From Actinomycetota bacterium (GTDB lineage: Bacteria > Actinomycetota > Actinomycetes > Mycobacteriales > JACQDL01): 64,000 nucleotides of DNA. The notes below the pieces were generated by a model. It searched no databases. It had not been told where the DNA came from and saw nothing but the letters and a program-made list of their open reading frames with translations. This document shows, piece after piece, positions 18,973 to 28,699 of the stretch. Both the position numbers and the translations under genes were made by a program. The stretch's first letter is position 1, and each line of letters opens with the position of its first letter. The stretch covers positions 68,641 to 132,640 of the forward strand of contig JACQDL010000027.1 of the NCBI GenBank assembly GCA_016201065.1, written 5' to 3'.

Positions 18973-19947
18973 ATGCTTGAGGTGGATTTGCTCATCGTCG
19001 GCGCCGGTCCCGCCGGACTGTACGGCGCCTACTACGCCGGCTTTCGTCGCATGTCCACGGCCGTCGTGGACGCGCTGCCGGAGCCGGGTGGCCAGGTGAC
19101 GGCGCTCTACCCCGAGAAGACGATCTTCGACGTGGCGGGCTTCCCGGCGATCAGGGGCCGGGACCTGGTCGGCAACCTCCTCGACCAGGCCGCCCCGTTC
19201 CACCCGCGGTACATCCTCGGCGAGGTGGCCAGCGAGCTGACCACCCGGCCGGACGGCTCCCTCGTGGTCCGCACCGACGCCGGGACCACCGTCCACACCC
19301 AGGCGGTGATCATCACCGGCGGGATCGGTGAGTTTCGACCGCGGCCGTTGCCGGACGGCGACGCCTGGCTGGGGCGTGGGCTCTCCTACTTCGTGCCGAG
19401 GCTGGCTGAGCACACCGACCTCGACGTGCTCATCGTCGGCGGCGGTGACAGCGCCTTCGACTGGGCACTCCACCTGCAGCCGCTCGCCCGGTCGGTGACG
19501 GTGGTCCATCGCCGCGACCGGTTCCGGGCCCACGAGCACACCGTCAGCCAGGTCAGCGACCTCGGCGTGCCGATCCTCACCTTCACCGAGGTCGCCGACC
19601 TGCGTGGCGCGGACCGGCTGGAGCAGGTGCTGCTCCGGCACAGCAGGACCGGCGAGGAACGGCTGCTGCCGGCCCAGTCGGTGATCGCCGCCCTCGGGTT
19701 CACCGCCGACCTCGGCCCGCTCGCCGGCTGGGGGCTCACCGTCAGCAAACGACATGTGCCGGTGGACCGCCGGATGGCCACCAACCTGCCCCGCGTGTAC
19801 GCGGCGGGTGACATCGCGGACTACGCCGGCAAGGTGCGGCTGATCTCGGTCGGCTTCGGCGAGGTGGCCCTCGCGGTGAACAACGCGGCGGTGGCCATCA
19901 ACCCCGACACCCACCTCTTCCCTGGCCACTCCTCCGATCCACACTGA
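18973..19947 (+). CDS. Thioredoxin-reductase-like ferredoxin-NADP+ reductase (YumC type)
   Basis: DLLIVGAGPAGLYGAYYAG FAD motif, second dinucleotide motif VLIVGGGDSAFDWAL, and the C-terminal YAAGDIA. Confidence 0.85.
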   Translation: MLEVDLLIVGAGPAGLYGAYYAGFRRMSTAVVDALPEPGGQVTALYPEKTIFDVAGFPAIRGRDLVGNLLDQAAPFHPRYILGEVASELTTRPDGSLVVRTDAGTTVHTQAVIITGGIGEFRPRPLPDGDAWLGRGLSYFVPRLAEHTDLDVLIVGGGDSAFDWALHLQPLARSVTVVHRRDRFRAHEHTVSQVSDLGVPILTFTEVADLRGADRLEQVLLRHSRTGEERLLPAQSVIAALGFTADLGPLAGWGLTVSKRHVPVDRRMATNLPRVYAAGDIADYAGKVRLISVGFGEVALAVNNAAVAINPDTHLFPGHSSDPH

Positions 19948-20011
19948 TCGGGAACCACGCACCGGCGGCCCGACGTCCCACCGCCGGCCACCAGCGGCAC
20001 GGGAGGGCACC

Positions 20012-20461
20012 GTGGACACCTCGAACACCGACGGGGCGAACACCGGCGGGGCGAACACCGGAAGGGCGCTGACCGGCGCCCGGGCCGCGCTGGAACTCGC
20101 GGACCGGGCCCGCGACGCGGTGGCCGCGCTGGCCGGCCGGGGCCGCTCACCGGACGGGGCGGTGCGGGCCAGGGTCGGCGGGGACGGGCTGCTGGAGGCG
20201 GTGCGGTTCGGCCCCGACGCGCTGCGGCAGGATCCGGAGACACTCGCCGCCCAGGTGTGCGCCGCCGTGCGGGCGGCCCAGCAGAGCCTCACCCGGCAGG
20301 CCGGCGACGCGCACGCCACGCTGCTCGCGGGCCCGGCCGGCCTGGTGATCGACCCGGCCCGGCTGGCCGGGCAGGTGGCGACGGTGCAGGCCGAGCTGGT
20401 CGCCCGGATGGCGGAGATCGACCGATGCCTGGCAGATGCCCGGCGCCGGTGCGGCGGATGA
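20012..20461 (+). CDS. YbaB/EbfC-like protein (actinobacterial T7SS-neighbourhood type)
   Basis: VRARVGGDGLLEAVRFGPDALRQDPETLAAQVCAAVRAA resembles the YbaB core. GTG start. N-terminal Gly/Asn/Thr-rich duplication. Confidence 0.5.
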   Translation: MDTSNTDGANTGGANTGRALTGARAALELADRARDAVAALAGRGRSPDGAVRARVGGDGLLEAVRFGPDALRQDPETLAAQVCAAVRAAQQSLTRQAGDAHATLLAGPAGLVIDPARLAGQVATVQAELVARMAEIDRCLADARRRCGG

Positions 20462-21005
20462 TCCCACCGCACCCCGATCCGGACGCCGGACCGTGCCGGT
20501 AGACCTGCCGTCCGGGCTCCGCCCGCTGCTGGCCGCCACCGGGCTGACCTGGCCGGACGCCGACGAGGACGCGCTGCACGAGGGTGCCGGATGCTGGCGA
20601 AAGCTCGCCGCGACGTTGGCGGCGCACGCCCCCGAGGTCGAGCGGGTCGTCCGGAGTGCCGGCGACGGCGCGGACCCGATCAGGGCACCTGCCACCGCCC
20701 GGGTCACCGGACCGCTGGCGGAGTGCGCGCGCGCGGCCGAGACCATCGGCTACGCCCTGGACACCCTCGCCGCGGCCGTGCTCGATCTCAAGGCCACCAC
20801 GACCGCCCAGCTCGGGTTGCTGGCTGCCGGGGTGTCCGCCCCGGGGTGGGGGGCGGCCGATCGCGCCGCCGCCACGGCCGCCACCGGTGCCGCGGTGCGG
20901 GACGCCAAGCGCCGGGTCGAGGCCCTCGTCGACGGCGAGCTGCGGGCGATCCTGGCCGCCGCCGGCGCCCGGCTGGACCGGGCGCGCGCCGCCGCTCAGG
21001 GCTGA
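20436..21005 (+). CDS. Hypothetical protein with WXG100/LXG-like T7SS-associated N-terminal motif
   Basis: VPVDLPSGLRPLLAATGLTWPDADEDALHEGAGCWRKLA resembles N-termini of actinobacterial T7SS-linked proteins. Start ambiguous (ATG 20436 or GTG 20493). Confidence 0.4.
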   Translation: MPGAGAADDPTAPRSGRRTVPVDLPSGLRPLLAATGLTWPDADEDALHEGAGCWRKLAATLAAHAPEVERVVRSAGDGADPIRAPATARVTGPLAECARAAETIGYALDTLAAAVLDLKATTTAQLGLLAAGVSAPGWGAADRAAATAATGAAVRDAKRRVEALVDGELRAILAAAGARLDRARAAAQG

Positions 21006-21745
21006 CCGGCACCGGCGCCAGCACCGGCACCTGCACCGGCGGGGCGGCCGTCCGGCCGGGCCGCCGCGGCGGTCTTGCGGGCGATGTCGGCCAGCGCGAC
21101 CCGCCGTGCCGCACCCGCCGCGAAGTCCGCGACCCGGTCACGGAGCACCCGCGCCGGCGCACCCGCGGCCACGCTGTAGGCCGGCAGATCCGAGGTGACC
21201 ACGGCGTTCGCGCCGACCACGCACCCGCGACCGATGGTGACCCCACGCAGCACCGTGACCTTGGTGCCGAGCCACACGTCCGGTCCGATCCGGACCGGCG
21301 ACTTGACGATCCCCTGGTCCTTGATCGGCACGTGGATGTCGGCGAACACGTGATCGAAGTCGCAGACGTAGACCCAGTCGGCGACGATCGAGGCGGCGCC
21401 GAACTCAACGTCGAGGTAACAGTTGATCGTGCTGTCCACACCGAAGACACACTTGTCACCGATCCGGAGGGTGCCCTCGTGGGCCCGCAGCGCGGTCCCG
21501 TGGCCGATGTGCACCCACCGCCCCACGATCAGCCGGCCGTAGCCGCGGCGGGCGGACAGCTCCACCCGCCGGCCGAGGAAGACGAACCCCTCGGTGACGA
21601 CGTGCGGGTTGCGCACCTTGAAAACCAGGAACCGCCAGTACCGCACGAGGTACCACGGGGTCCACGCTCGATGCCGGATCACCCAGCGCAGGCTCGCGAC
21701 GGTGAGGAACCGGGCCTGCCGTGGGTCACGACGACGGGCAACCAT
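20996..21745 (-). CDS. Hexapeptide-repeat (LbH) acyltransferase (Rv3034c-like)
   Basis: IGDKCVFGVDSTINCYLDVEFG...IGPDVWLGTKVTVLRGVTIGRGCVVGANAVV hexapeptide repeats. C-terminal (GA)n tail. Confidence 0.8.
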   Translation of the reverse strand: MVARRRDPRQARFLTVASLRWVIRHRAWTPWYLVRYWRFLVFKVRNPHVVTEGFVFLGRRVELSARRGYGRLIVGRWVHIGHGTALRAHEGTLRIGDKCVFGVDSTINCYLDVEFGAASIVADWVYVCDFDHVFADIHVPIKDQGIVKSPVRIGPDVWLGTKVTVLRGVTIGRGCVVGANAVVTSDLPAYSVAAGAPARVLRDRVADFAAGAARRVALADIARKTAAAARPDGRPAGAGAGAGAGAGQP

Positions 21746-21800
21746 GCACCGACCGTAGCGACCCGCGGCACCGACCGGCCACCGGGGTCACCCGCGGCCG

Positions 21801-21842
21801 CGTTACCGCGGCTGCGTTACCGCGGCTGCGTTACCGCGGCTC
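21801..21842. repeat. 14-bp tandem repeat x3 (CGTTACCGCGGCTG) overlapping the stop of the methyltransferase gene
   Basis: Read directly: 21801-14 and 21815-28 are identical; 21829-42 has one change. The functional TAA (complement of 21831-33) lies in copy 3. Each unit carries a CCGCGG palindrome. Confidence 0.9.
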
Positions 21843-22799
21843 CGGCTTCACGCCGGTGACCAGGGCGTTGTAGAACAACCCGGCCGGCACGACATGTGCC
21901 AGCACCCGGCCGTCCAGCTCCATCAACCGCTGCCACGTGCGGTAGGCGAACATCGCCCAGCCCCAGCCGAGCCGGTCCCGGAGTACCGCGCACTCGAAGG
22001 TGCGCACCGGCCAGCCGAACCAGGCCGCCGTCAGCTCCTCGGTGCGCACCTCGACGGCACCCGCACCGGCCCGCACGGCCAGCCGGCGCAGCTCGGCGGG
22101 CCGGAAGGTGTGCAGGTCGACCACCGACTCCAGCTCGGCGGCCCGGGACGACTCGGCCAGCTCCCGCAGCGGGCGGCGCCACCCCCGCAGCGGTGGCAGC
22201 CGGGTCGCGTTCGTCGTCGCCCACCAGGTGAGGCGGGACAGCCGGCGGGCGACGATGTCGCCGTGCCGGGTCGGCTCCCCCGCGAAGACGAACCGGCCGC
22301 CGGGCTTGAGCACCCGCAGCACCTCCCGCAGCGCCCGCTCGACGTCCGGGATGTGGTGCAGCACGGCGTGCCCGACGACCAGGTCGAACTCGCCGTCGCC
22401 GTACGGGATCGACTCGGCGTCGGCGACCCGCCCGTCGACCTCGAACCCCAGCGCGCGGGCGTTGCGGGTGGCGACCTCGACCATGCCCGGGCTGATGTCG
22501 GTGACGTGCCCCTCGGTCAGCACGCCGGCCTGGATCAGGTTGAGCAGGAAGAAGCCGGTGCCGCAGCCCAGCTCCAGCGCCCTGGGATAGGGCCAGCCGC
22601 CCCGCCCGGCGATCAGCTCGAACCGGTCCCGGGCGTAGCCGATGCACCGCTCGTCGTAGGAGATCGACCACTTCTCGTCGTAGGTCTGCGCCTCCCAGTC
22701 GTGGTAGAGGACGTTGGCCCGCTTCGGGTCGTGGCGCGCGGCCGCGATCTCCTCGGGACCCACCGACGCCCTCCCGGTCCCCTCCGGCACCCCACTCAC
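21831..22799 (-). CDS. Class I SAM-dependent methyltransferase (Rv3037c-like)
   Basis: ALELGCGTGFFLLNL and LKPGGRFVFAGEP motifs. GTG start overlaps the echA stop (GTGA). Confidence 0.85.
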   Translation of the reverse strand: MSGVPEGTGRASVGPEEIAAARHDPKRANVLYHDWEAQTYDEKWSISYDERCIGYARDRFELIAGRGGWPYPRALELGCGTGFFLLNLIQAGVLTEGHVTDISPGMVEVATRNARALGFEVDGRVADAESIPYGDGEFDLVVGHAVLHHIPDVERALREVLRVLKPGGRFVFAGEPTRHGDIVARRLSRLTWWATTNATRLPPLRGWRRPLRELAESSRAAELESVVDLHTFRPAELRRLAVRAGAGAVEVRTEELTAAWFGWPVRTFECAVLRDRLGWGWAMFAYRTWQRLMELDGRVLAHVVPAGLFYNALVTGVKPEPR

Positions 22800-23575
22800 C
22801 GCCCGACGAACCCGGCCTGGCCCGGGCCGTGCTCGACGAAGGACCGCATCCCGATCGCCCGGTCCTCGGTCGCGAACAGGGCTGCGAACAGGTGGCTCTC
22901 CAGCCGCAACCCGGTGGCCAGGTCGCCGTCCAGCCCCCCGTCGACCGCGGCCTTCGCGGCCCGCAGCGCGAGCGCCGGGCCGCCGGTGTACCGGGCCACC
23001 ATCGCCCGGGCCGCGTCGTAGACGTCGTCCGGCGCCACCACCTGGTCCACCATCCCGATCCGCAGCGCCTCCTCGGCCTCCACGAACCGGCCGGTGTAGA
23101 TCAGGTCCTTGGCCCGGGACGGGCCGATCAACCGGGGCAGCCGCTGGGTGCCACCGGCGCCCGGGATGATGCCGAGCAGGATCTCCGGCTGCCCCAGCCT
23201 GGCATTGTCACCGCACACCCGGAAGTCCGCGGTCAGCGCCAGCTCGCAGCCGCCGCCGAGGGCGTACCCGGTGACCGCCGCGACGACCGGCTTGGGGATG
23301 CGCGCCACCGCGTCGAACGCGCTGGACAGCGCCGCGGCGCGGTGCACCATCTCGGAGTAGGTCATGTCGACCATCTCCTTGATGTCGGCGCCCGCGGCGA
23401 ACACCTTCGGCCCGCCGTAGAGGATCACCGCCCGTACGTCGGCCCGCTGGCCGGCCTCGGTGGCCGCGGCGCGCAGCCCCTCCTGCACCGCGGTGCTCAG
23501 CGCGTTCATGGGTGGCCGATCCAGCCGGATCGTGCCGATCCCACCGTCCACCTCAAGCTGCACGGACTCGCTCAT
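22796..23575 (-). CDS. Enoyl-CoA hydratase/isomerase (crotonase family)
   Basis: ORF trimmed to the ATG at 23575 (MSESVQLEVDGGIGTIRLDRPPMNAL...). FAAGADIKEM and GYALGGGCELAL oxyanion-hole motifs. Confidence 0.9.
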   Translation of the reverse strand: MSESVQLEVDGGIGTIRLDRPPMNALSTAVQEGLRAAATEAGQRADVRAVILYGGPKVFAAGADIKEMVDMTYSEMVHRAAALSSAFDAVARIPKPVVAAVTGYALGGGCELALTADFRVCGDNARLGQPEILLGIIPGAGGTQRLPRLIGPSRAKDLIYTGRFVEAEEALRIGMVDQVVAPDDVYDAARAMVARYTGGPALALRAAKAAVDGGLDGDLATGLRLESHLFAALFATEDRAIGMRSFVEHGPGQAGFVGR

Positions 23576-23653
23576 CAGAGCATGGCCTCCTCGACTCCGC
23601 ACCGGCCCGGGCAGCCTAGCCTGCGCCCGCGCGGGCACGGGCCAGCCCGCGGG

Positions 23654-24463
23654 TCAGCCTGCGGCCGCGCGGGCGAAGTACCGCCCGCCGACCCGGTCCA
23701 CCCGCAGCGGGAGGCCGAACGCCGCGGAGAGGCTCTCCCCGGTGAGCACGTCGCCGAGCAGGCCGGCGGCCACCACCTCGCCCTCCCGCAGCAGCAGGGC
23801 ATGGGTGAACCCGGGCGGGATCTCCTCGACATGGTGGGTCACCAGGACGAGGGTCGGCGCGTCCGGGTCGGCCGCCAGGGCGGCCAGATGCCCGACCAGG
23901 GCTTCCCGGCCGCCGAGGTCCAGGCCGGCGGCCGGCTCGTCCAGCAGCATCAGCTCCGGGTCGGCCATCAGGGCGCGGGCGATCTGCACCCGCTTCCGCT
24001 CGCCCTCCGACAGGGTGCCGAAGCGACGGTCGGCCAGGTCCAGCACACCGAAGCGGCGCAGCAGCATCCGCGCCCGGGCCCGGTCGGTCTCCTGGTACGG
24101 CTCCCGCCACCGGCCCAGCACGGCGTACCCGGCCGACATCACCAGGTCGAGCACGCATTCTCCGGGCGGGATGTGGTTGGCGACCGCGGCGCTGGCGAAC
24201 CCGACGCGTGGCCGCAGGTCGAACACGTTGACCCCGCCGATCCGCTCACCCAGCACATGCGCCTCACCGGCCGTCGGATGCAGCTGCGCTCCGGCGATCT
24301 GCAGCAGCGTCGTCTTCCCGGCGCCGTTCGGGCCGAGGACGACCCACCGCTCGTCCAGCTCGACCGACCAGTCGATGTCGGTGAGCAGGCGCGCATCGCC
24401 CCGGCGCACACCGACCCCGGCGAGCTGGATGACCACGTCCTCGTGCACTCCCACGGGTGCCAT
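23654..24463 (-). CDS. ABC transporter ATP-binding protein (Rv3041c-like)
   Basis: Walker A GPNGAGKTT, signature LSEGERKRV, Walker B LMLLDEP. ATG at 24463. Confidence 0.85.
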   Translation of the reverse strand: MAPVGVHEDVVIQLAGVGVRRGDARLLTDIDWSVELDERWVVLGPNGAGKTTLLQIAGAQLHPTAGEAHVLGERIGGVNVFDLRPRVGFASAAVANHIPPGECVLDLVMSAGYAVLGRWREPYQETDRARARMLLRRFGVLDLADRRFGTLSEGERKRVQIARALMADPELMLLDEPAAGLDLGGREALVGHLAALAADPDAPTLVLVTHHVEEIPPGFTHALLLREGEVVAAGLLGDVLTGESLSAAFGLPLRVDRVGGRYFARAAAG

Positions 24464-24556
24464 CCAACCGCACCGGTGCCGCCGATGGGTCACAGGGACC
24501 CGCGGCGATACGGTACGGCCGGACCACGCCCATGCGGGGTCCGACAGGGAGGGCGA

Positions 24557-25513
24557 ATGGGATCCGATGCGGTGCTTGAGGTCACCGGGCTGCGCAAGGC
24601 GTTCCGGGGCATCCGGGGCGGCCGCCGGGTCGCCGTCGACGGGCTCGACATGACCGTCCCGGCCGGCGTGGTGCACGGCTTCCTCGGGCCGAACGGCTCG
24701 GGCAAGACCACGACCCTACGGATCGTGCTCGGCCTGGTCCGGGCCGACGCCGGTGCGGCGCGGATGCTCGGCCGGCCGGTGCCGGCGGCGCTGCCCGCGG
24801 TGCTCCGGCAGGTCGGCGCGATCGTGGAGCAGCCGCAGTTCTTCCCGGCGTTCTCCGGGCGGCGCAACCTGCGGTCGCTGGCCGGCATCGCCGGACTCCC
24901 GCCGGGCCGGGTCGAGGAGGTGCTGGAGCTGGTCGGGCTGCGGGACCGGGCGAAGGACCGGTACAAGACCTACTCCCTCGGCATGAAGCAGCGGCTGGCG
25001 ATCGGCGCCGCGCTGCTGAGGTCACCGCGGCTGCTCATCCTCGACGAGCCCATGAACGGCCTGGACCCGGCCGGCATCCACGAGGTCCGGGAGACGATGC
25101 GCAGGCTCACCCGGGAGGGTGCCAGCGTGCTGCTCTCCAGCCACATCCTCGCCGAGGTGGAACAGGTCTGCGACTCGGTGTCGATCATCAGCCGGGGCCG
25201 TCACGTCCGCTCCGGATCGGTCAGCGAGGTGCTCGCGGGCCGGCCCAGCGGTGAGGTGCTGATCCGGATCGCGGCGCCGGAGGAGGGGATCCAGATCCTC
25301 ACCGAGGCCGGCTTCGGCGCGCGTCGGGACGGCACGCAGGTGCGGGTCAGCGGTGTCACCGACCCGGCGCTGGTCACCGAGCGGCTCGCGCAACGCGGCC
25401 ACTACCTCGCCGAGCTGACGCCGGTGCGGGCCGACCTGGAGAGCGTCTTCCTGGAGCTGACCGGCCCCACCGAGGCTCGACCGGAGCCGGAGCGCAAGGA
25501 GGGCACACAGTGA
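24557..25513 (+). CDS. ABC-2 type exporter ATP-binding protein
   Basis: Real part of the 894-aa artefact ORF. ATG at 24557 (MGSDAVLEVTGLRKAF...). GPNGSGKTT, YSLGMKQRL, LLILDEP. Confidence 0.9.
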   Translation: MGSDAVLEVTGLRKAFRGIRGGRRVAVDGLDMTVPAGVVHGFLGPNGSGKTTTLRIVLGLVRADAGAARMLGRPVPAALPAVLRQVGAIVEQPQFFPAFSGRRNLRSLAGIAGLPPGRVEEVLELVGLRDRAKDRYKTYSLGMKQRLAIGAALLRSPRLLILDEPMNGLDPAGIHEVRETMRRLTREGASVLLSSHILAEVEQVCDSVSIISRGRHVRSGSVSEVLAGRPSGEVLIRIAAPEEGIQILTEAGFGARRDGTQVRVSGVTDPALVTERLAQRGHYLAELTPVRADLESVFLELTGPTEARPEPERKEGTQ

Positions 25514-26439
25514 GGCTGTTCGGGGTGGAGCTGCGCCGGTTGCTGGCCAGGCGGCTGTACTGGGTCACCGCGCTGGCGCTGCTCGGGCTGCTCGCGCTGA
25601 TCGTCGGCCAGGTCGCGGTGAGCTCCCGGCCGGCGAACGCCGCGACCATCGCCGCGGCGGAGGCCGAGTCGCGGCAGCTGGCCGAGACGGCGCGGCGGGA
25701 CTGCCGGCTGCACGCCCCGCCCGAGCAGCAGGCCAACTGCGATTCGCTGGTCGGCCCACCCACCGACCAGATGATCTTGACATTCCGGTTCGTCACCGAG
25801 ACCGAGCCGTTCGTCGTCGGCGCGTCGGTCATGCTCGCCCTGCTCGGCTTCGTCATCGGCGCCGGTTTCGTCGGGGCGGAATGGTCCGCCGGCACCCTCG
25901 CCCACCTCCTCACCTGGGAGCCGCGCCGGCTGCGGGTGCTCGCCGCCAAGGTCGCCGCGGCGGCCCTCGGGTCCGGCGGCACGGCACTACTGATCACCGC
26001 TGGCTACCTCGGTGCGCTGTACACCGTGGCGCTGACCCGGGGCAGCGTGGACGGGGTCGGCTCCGGCCTGATCGGTTCGCTGCTGCTGCTCGGTGGCCGG
26101 GGGGTCCTGCTCACCATGGCGGCCGCTGCCGGCGGCGCCGCCGCCGCCGCGCTGGTGCGCAGCACCTCCGGCGCGCTCGGGCTGGTCTTCGGCTACTTCG
26201 TCGCGGTCGAGCTGGTGCTGCGCGGGTTCTTCCAGGGCATCGGTCCATGGTTGGTCGCCCCGCACGCCACAGCCTGGCTGATGCGCACCGCCCGGGTGGT
26301 CACACCGGGTCCCTGCCCGACCTGCGATCCGCGGGTGATCACGATCAGCATGTGGGGAGGTGCGGCGTACCTCGGCGGGCTGCTCCTGGCCGCCGTGCTG
26401 GTCGCCGGGCTCACCTTCCGCCGCCGGGACATCACCTGA
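25510..26439 (+). CDS. ABC-2 type exporter permease
   Basis: GTG start overlaps the upstream stop by 4 nt. Six hydrophobic segments with a large first extracytoplasmic loop. Confidence 0.7.
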   Translation: MRLFGVELRRLLARRLYWVTALALLGLLALIVGQVAVSSRPANAATIAAAEAESRQLAETARRDCRLHAPPEQQANCDSLVGPPTDQMILTFRFVTETEPFVVGASVMLALLGFVIGAGFVGAEWSAGTLAHLLTWEPRRLRVLAAKVAAAALGSGGTALLITAGYLGALYTVALTRGSVDGVGSGLIGSLLLLGGRGVLLTMAAAAGGAAAAALVRSTSGALGLVFGYFVAVELVLRGFFQGIGPWLVAPHATAWLMRTARVVTPGPCPTCDPRVITISMWGGAAYLGGLLLAAVLVAGLTFRRRDIT

Positions 26440-26490
26440 CCGGCCGCGCCGTGACCGCGTTCGCGGCCGGCGGTGGGCGAGAATGCGGGG

Positions 26491-28608
<2,118 letters not shown>

Positions 28609-28699
28609 CCGGCACGGCGCCGACGCCAGCACCGGCCCCGCAACCGCGGAGCCGGCGCCCGTCGCATCGTGAGGTGGGCGGTGGCGAGCTGCGCCCCGG

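Noticed and set aside
20033-20062. 15-bp unit GGGGCGAACACCGG(C/A) duplicated at the start of the YbaB-like gene (GANTG-GANTG)
   Set aside because: There are only two copies, in frame, within a low-complexity N-terminus. It is too minor to interpret.
20996-21045. (GA)n C-terminal tail of the acyltransferase, overlapping the stop region of the convergent ORF
   Set aside because: It is a low-complexity tail produced by GC-rich hexanucleotide repetition. No functional inference is possible.
22829-25513. 894-aa ORF, plus similar giants: 15665..17743, 18652..20472, 25987..28164, 28748..31111, 31965..33737, 33747..35099, 35105..36748, 41025..42947, 5000..7216
   Set aside because: These are Arg/Gly/Pro/Ala-rich, low-complexity translations lying antisense or out of frame to genes with clear family motifs. 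That is the typical open-frame artefact of high-GC DNA. Only the 3' third of 22829..25513 (from 24557) is a real ABC ATPase.
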